Assembly: GCA_958009085.1 (NCBI GenBank)
Contig: OY253673.1
Location: forward strand, 496,001 to 560,000
DNA: 64,000 nucleotides
From: Protoeuglena noctilucae
Taxonomy: Eukaryota
Reading direction: 5' to 3'
Both the position numbers and the translations under genes were made by a program. The notes beneath the pieces were generated by a model, which was given only the letters and a program-made list of their open reading frames with translations, was not told the DNA's origin and searched no databases. This document shows, one piece after another, positions 60,068-64,000 of the stretch. Numbering within the stretch: position 1 is the stretch's first letter; every line of letters starts with the position of its first letter.

Positions 60068-61488
60068 TGGAGGCGCTCGGGAGCCCCGAGGACGTCTACG
60101 AGGACTATATGCGACGCCGCTTCGGCATCCTGAAGGCCCTGACGAGCGAGTGAGTCGGAAGGGGGGGGCTTTCCGCGCACGCGGGCGCTCGGGCGCCACC
60201 GCGGAGGGTGGTTGGGGCGCCCGCGTCGCGACGGGGCGACCGGCGCCGCGTAACGCGCCGCTCGCGATGCGGGAATTTCAAATTCTGTTTTGCGGCCCCG
60301 CCCCTGCCGCCAGGGCGCCCGTTCGGGCCCCAAGGAGAGCCGGTTGGGAGGAAGCGAAAAAGCGCGAACCCCGGGACGCAGTGTGGACGCCTTCTACAGC
60401 GCCTGCGATCCGGGGAAGGAAAACCTCTGTCTCTACGGGCATCCGGACTCGTCCTGGAGCGTGAGCCTCCCGGCGGAGGAGATCCCTGCCGAGCTCCCCG
60501 AGCCGACGCTGGGGATCAACTTCGCGCGAGACGGCATGTCGGTGAGGATCGGCGCGGGCCCCTCGCGGAGCGGGGGGGAGCGGGCGCGTCGGGCCGGGGA
60601 TGGTCCCCGCCATCCCGCGCCACCCCCCCCCGCCTGGCTGCTTGCCAGCGTCTCCGGGGTGTTTGACGTCTGCACATCGGCGAGGACGCGCTGCCAATCG
60701 CCCGGTCTGCCCGCAGAAGCGGGACTGGCTCGCCCTGGTCGCCGTGCACTCGGACTGCTGGCTGATGGCGGTGGCGACCTTCAATGCGGCGCGGTTCGAT
60801 CGGAAGGGGAGGTGCGTGGCGCCGCGCGCGGGCAGGAAGTGCGGTCGAGCGTCTAGCCCAGCCGGGCCCGTCTCTGCACGGCGCCCTGGGTGTCGGGCGC
60901 ATGCCGCGTCTCGAGCAGGCGCAGTGGGAGTCCGAGGGCGCCCCGGCGCGCGGGATGGACGCTGACCAGAGTCGCCCACCTTGCGCCCTCCCCTCCGCCC
61001 TGCGCAGGGCCAGGATGCTGGAGCTTATAAATGATTTACCGACGGTGTACGAGATGGTCAGCGGGAAGTTGGAGAGGGAGCAGCAGAGCCGGGCGAGCAA
61101 GGTGCAGCATGCGGAGCGGCGGTTCTTTCCCCTGGCGCCGCGCCGGGCGCAGCGGCTCGCCTGCATCTGTCCCTCTCGGTCGTTCCCGCAGCGGACGCGG
61201 GTGGACGACGAGGAGGGGAACGCGGAGGGGGAGCCTTGCCCCATCACGCATCGCCCGTACAAGTGAGTGCTGGGCCTCGCGCGGGGCTGCCGGGCGCGCG
61301 CCTTTCGCCTCGCCGGCGCTCGCAGAGGCAGGCAACGTCGTTCCCGACGCCTCCGCAGGGCTGGGGAGTTCTGGATCGCGTGCGACAAGTGCGACAGGTG
61401 GTTCTACGGCAAGGCGGTCAACATGACGCCGCAGAAAGCCGAGGCGATGAAGACGTGGGTGTGTCCTTTTTGCTTCAAGCCGCACTGA
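60068..61488 (+). CDS. Alfin-like protein (PAL/DUF3594 domain + PHD finger)
   Basis: [14 protein letters not shown]...[28 protein letters not shown]...[14 protein letters not shown]...INDLPTVYE, and the PHD region [13 protein letters not shown]...CPFC. Confidence 0.95.
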
Positions 61489-61896
61489 GTTCCCGGTGCG
61501 ATACGCGGCCCCCGCGAGGCCCGACAGCCGCCGCGCCGGCGCCCGAGATGGGTGCCGCGCGCCCCGGCCGCCCCCTGCATGTTGCGATGTGTCGACCCCT
61601 TGGGACGCAGCGTTCCTGCTGCCGCGCCCGGCGCAACCGCCGTCAGTGCGACCGCGGTTGTCGTGCTTGTTCCTGTCTTTGGCTTAGCGTCGAACGCATG
61701 CCTGGCCCGGAGAGGCCCGCATGTGCTAACCCTACCCATCCCCCGCCGACCCTGTCGCCCTATTGGTGTTGGTCGGAGCTCGCATAGTGAGGTTCAAGAA
61801 AAGGCCAGACACGTGCGGCGCGCCTCGCCTTACGACCCGTCGTTTGCCAGCGACACAAATGCCGCCACAAAAACAGAGGCCCGGTAACCGGACCCC

Positions 61897-62957
61897 TCAG
61901 CCCGGCGGCCGTCTCTGCGGACCGTCTGGTGCCTGGGGGACTTGCTGCCTTGCGAGGAGGGCGTGCTGGCTGCTGACGCCCCGTGCCATGGCCATGCGCT
62001 GGGTGTCGGCCTCGAGGTTCAGCGGCCCCGACGGAGCGCTCCCGATCTCCACCGGGCGCCCCGTGAATCCCGGCACCTGCAGGCTCCACCCCCGCATGGC
62101 GTGGAGCGCCATGTGGTGCGGCTCGACCGTGTCCTCCCCGCAGCGCTTGGCCATCGCCGCCCCGAACGCCAGCAGCGACGTCAACAGGTCCACCGATATC
62201 TCCTCCAGTACCTCCCGGACCTCCGCCTCCAGCCTCTCGTCCGCGTGACCCATGATGTTCAGGAGACGACGTAGGCTGGGGGCGCAGACGACACACAACT
62301 TAAGTTCCCACCTCGCCAGCACACAGCCGGCGCCCTTCCCTACGCAGTCAGCCTAGGCATCGCCGTGCGCGCTTCATGGATGGCCGGGTGGCGCCCCACA
62401 CCTGTCCTGCGAGAGGACCTGCTTGAGCCCCTGGTTCCGGGGAGCAGACGGCGTCCACACGCGACCCGCGCCATACGCCGATGCGGCTCCGCGAGAAGCT
62501 TGCACCCGCTCGGCGCCAGCCGCCATTCCCTGGGCCGAGCCCATCGCGGCGACGCGGCCCGGGTTCGTAACTGCGGCATAGACCCCCTGCGCCCCCCCGT
62601 AACCAGGCATCACACCTCCCCCGGCGGCAGCATGAGGGACGCCGCCCGGCGCACTGGCCGGCGCCACGCTCTGCGCGAGGTGCTGGTTGTACTGGGAGCA
62701 AAAGGCGAACCGTAGCCCTCTGAGTCCCTCCTGGAAACAGCGACGGAAGAACGGCCTAAACAGGATCGCCTCTTTGCTCGTGTGCGGCTCACCTGGGCTG
62801 CGGAGGTCGGTAAGCCTTGCATCCAGGCGTGCCCGGCCTGAGCGAAGTGCTGCTGCTGCGCTACCGCCTGTGGGAGCGCGCCTGCCCCGTACGATGGGTA
62901 TTGTGCAGGATGCTGGGGCTGTGCGGCCCCATCAGGCCGCCGCTGGTTGGGGTCCAT
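61897..62957 (-). CDS. TAF12: TAF12-like histone-fold protein
   Basis: LRRLL...ERLEAEVREVLEEISVDLL...AAMAKRCGEDTVEPHHMALHAMRGWSLQVPGF follows the TAF12 fold pattern, after a Q/G/A-rich N-terminus. Confidence 0.8.
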
Positions 62958-63435
62958 GCGCCCGCCCCACCGGCGCAGGTCCCGCCGCTCGCTGCCCAGC
63001 GCCCAGGCACGATTGGTCTACGCTAGGTTGCGGAATGACTCCTCCGGATCTTGCAGGGCGGCTGAGGAGCAGCGCGGACGACGCACACACAGAGGCTTGG
63101 ACAGGGTGGGGGCGCTTCAGAGGATAGCAAAGCTGTATTGGCACGTCCTGGCGACAGAGTGGGGCGCAGTCTTGCCGTGTCAACCCACAGTGCAGTCCAG
63201 GCGTCGCGAGACGCCGCTGGAAGCCCGAAACTCCGTCCGTCGGCGTGGCAGACGCGCCAGAACACCTGGCAAAGCGCACGAAGCGCGGCCGCCGCTGCCG
63301 GACGCGCGCACATGATTGGGAGGTCGTGAACGTGAGAAGCAGCGAGGGCACTTGGGGCAGCATCACTGGTGCAATCGTGCTGGGGCCTGGTGGGAGCGCG
63401 CCCTGAGTTTGGGGACCAGCTGAAAGAGAGAAAGG

Positions 63436-64000
63436 ATGGAGGAGTGCTGCGTGGTCTGCGCGGAGCCGCTGCAGTGGGTGGCCGTCGGCCACTGCGATCA
63501 CAAGGAGGCGAGTTTGCAGGGGCCTCAGGTTCTTCGTCGAGGGTCCTTGTTTCTTGCCGACCCGGCAATGGCATGTTGGTTGGTTTCATGCGGCGCTTTC
63601 TGGCCTGGCCACCGGCGCCGACGGCGCGGCAGGGCGGGCGCGGCCTGTGCTTCATCCGGGGTGAGGCGCAGCAGAGGCCCCGTCCGAGATCCCTCGCCTT
63701 CTTCGTCGGCGCAGGTATGCTGGAAGTGCGTCGTCAAAATGCGCTTTGTCCAGAAGGACAAGAAGTGCTGCATCTGCAAGCAGGAGCTGGAGATGGTCTA
63801 CTGCACTCGGGCGCTGGGAAGCTACACGCCCTCCTTTGGGTGACTCGCGACTGTCATCATCCTGAGCATCTCTATTTCCGTTGCCGTGACAGCTGCACAC
63901 CACCTGCCTCTGCCCAGCTCGCCGCCTCGTCTCTCCAGCCACGCAGTAATTGCGCTCCCATGTCGCACGCAGAGGTTTGGAGGAGAGGCGGAAGGCTGGC
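63436..64000 (+). CDS. ZNF598: ZNF598/Hel2 RING E3 ubiquitin ligase, 5' part
   Basis: MEECCVVCAEPLQWVAVGHCDHKE|VCWKCVVKMRFVQKDKKCCICKQ...TRALGSYT. Confidence 0.88.

Noticed and set aside
59223..60068. 281-aa minus-strand ORF between GLE1 and the Alfin-like gene
   Set aside because: No recognisable motif and an Arg/Pro/Ala-rich shadow composition; probably divergent promoter/UTR.

Overview
GC-rich, gene-dense, intron-rich eukaryotic nuclear DNA, most likely a chlorophyte green alga. Support: plastid-targeted Hcf106/TatB, RPL17 and RSH; Alfin-like and plant-type MED19/RAD4; TGTAA poly(A) signals; vasohibin and a TRPV-like channel suggesting a flagellated lineage. By manual splicing I model 29 protein-coding genes: RSH, TatB, profilin, kinesin, SET protein, FCP1/CPL-like, an orphan coiled-coil protein, AGMO-like, MED19, XPC/RAD4, MMACHC-like, DUF836 glutaredoxin-like, bromodomain+AP2-like protein, ABHD13-like, vasohibin, ureidoglycolate lyase-like, pyruvate kinase, TRPV-like channel, NOB1, a 4-TM protein with a Y/G/Q tail, MCTS1, O-methyltransferase, a Kelch single-pass membrane protein, RPL17, cyclin L, GLE1, Alfin-like, TAF12 and ZNF598. 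No rRNA, tRNA, CRISPR or transposon was recognised. The best leads are a candidate MED19-XPC bicistronic locus (42-nt gap), a 4-TM protein with a synaptophysin-like YG(P/Q)QG tail, a tail-anchored kinesin, a bromodomain-AP2 fusion, a Kelch receptor with a polyproline tail, several degenerate active or metal sites, frequent GC-AG introns, and tandem duplications of splice junctions. All family calls come from motif recognition by eye without database searches. Gene spans include introns, and some start codons are uncertain.
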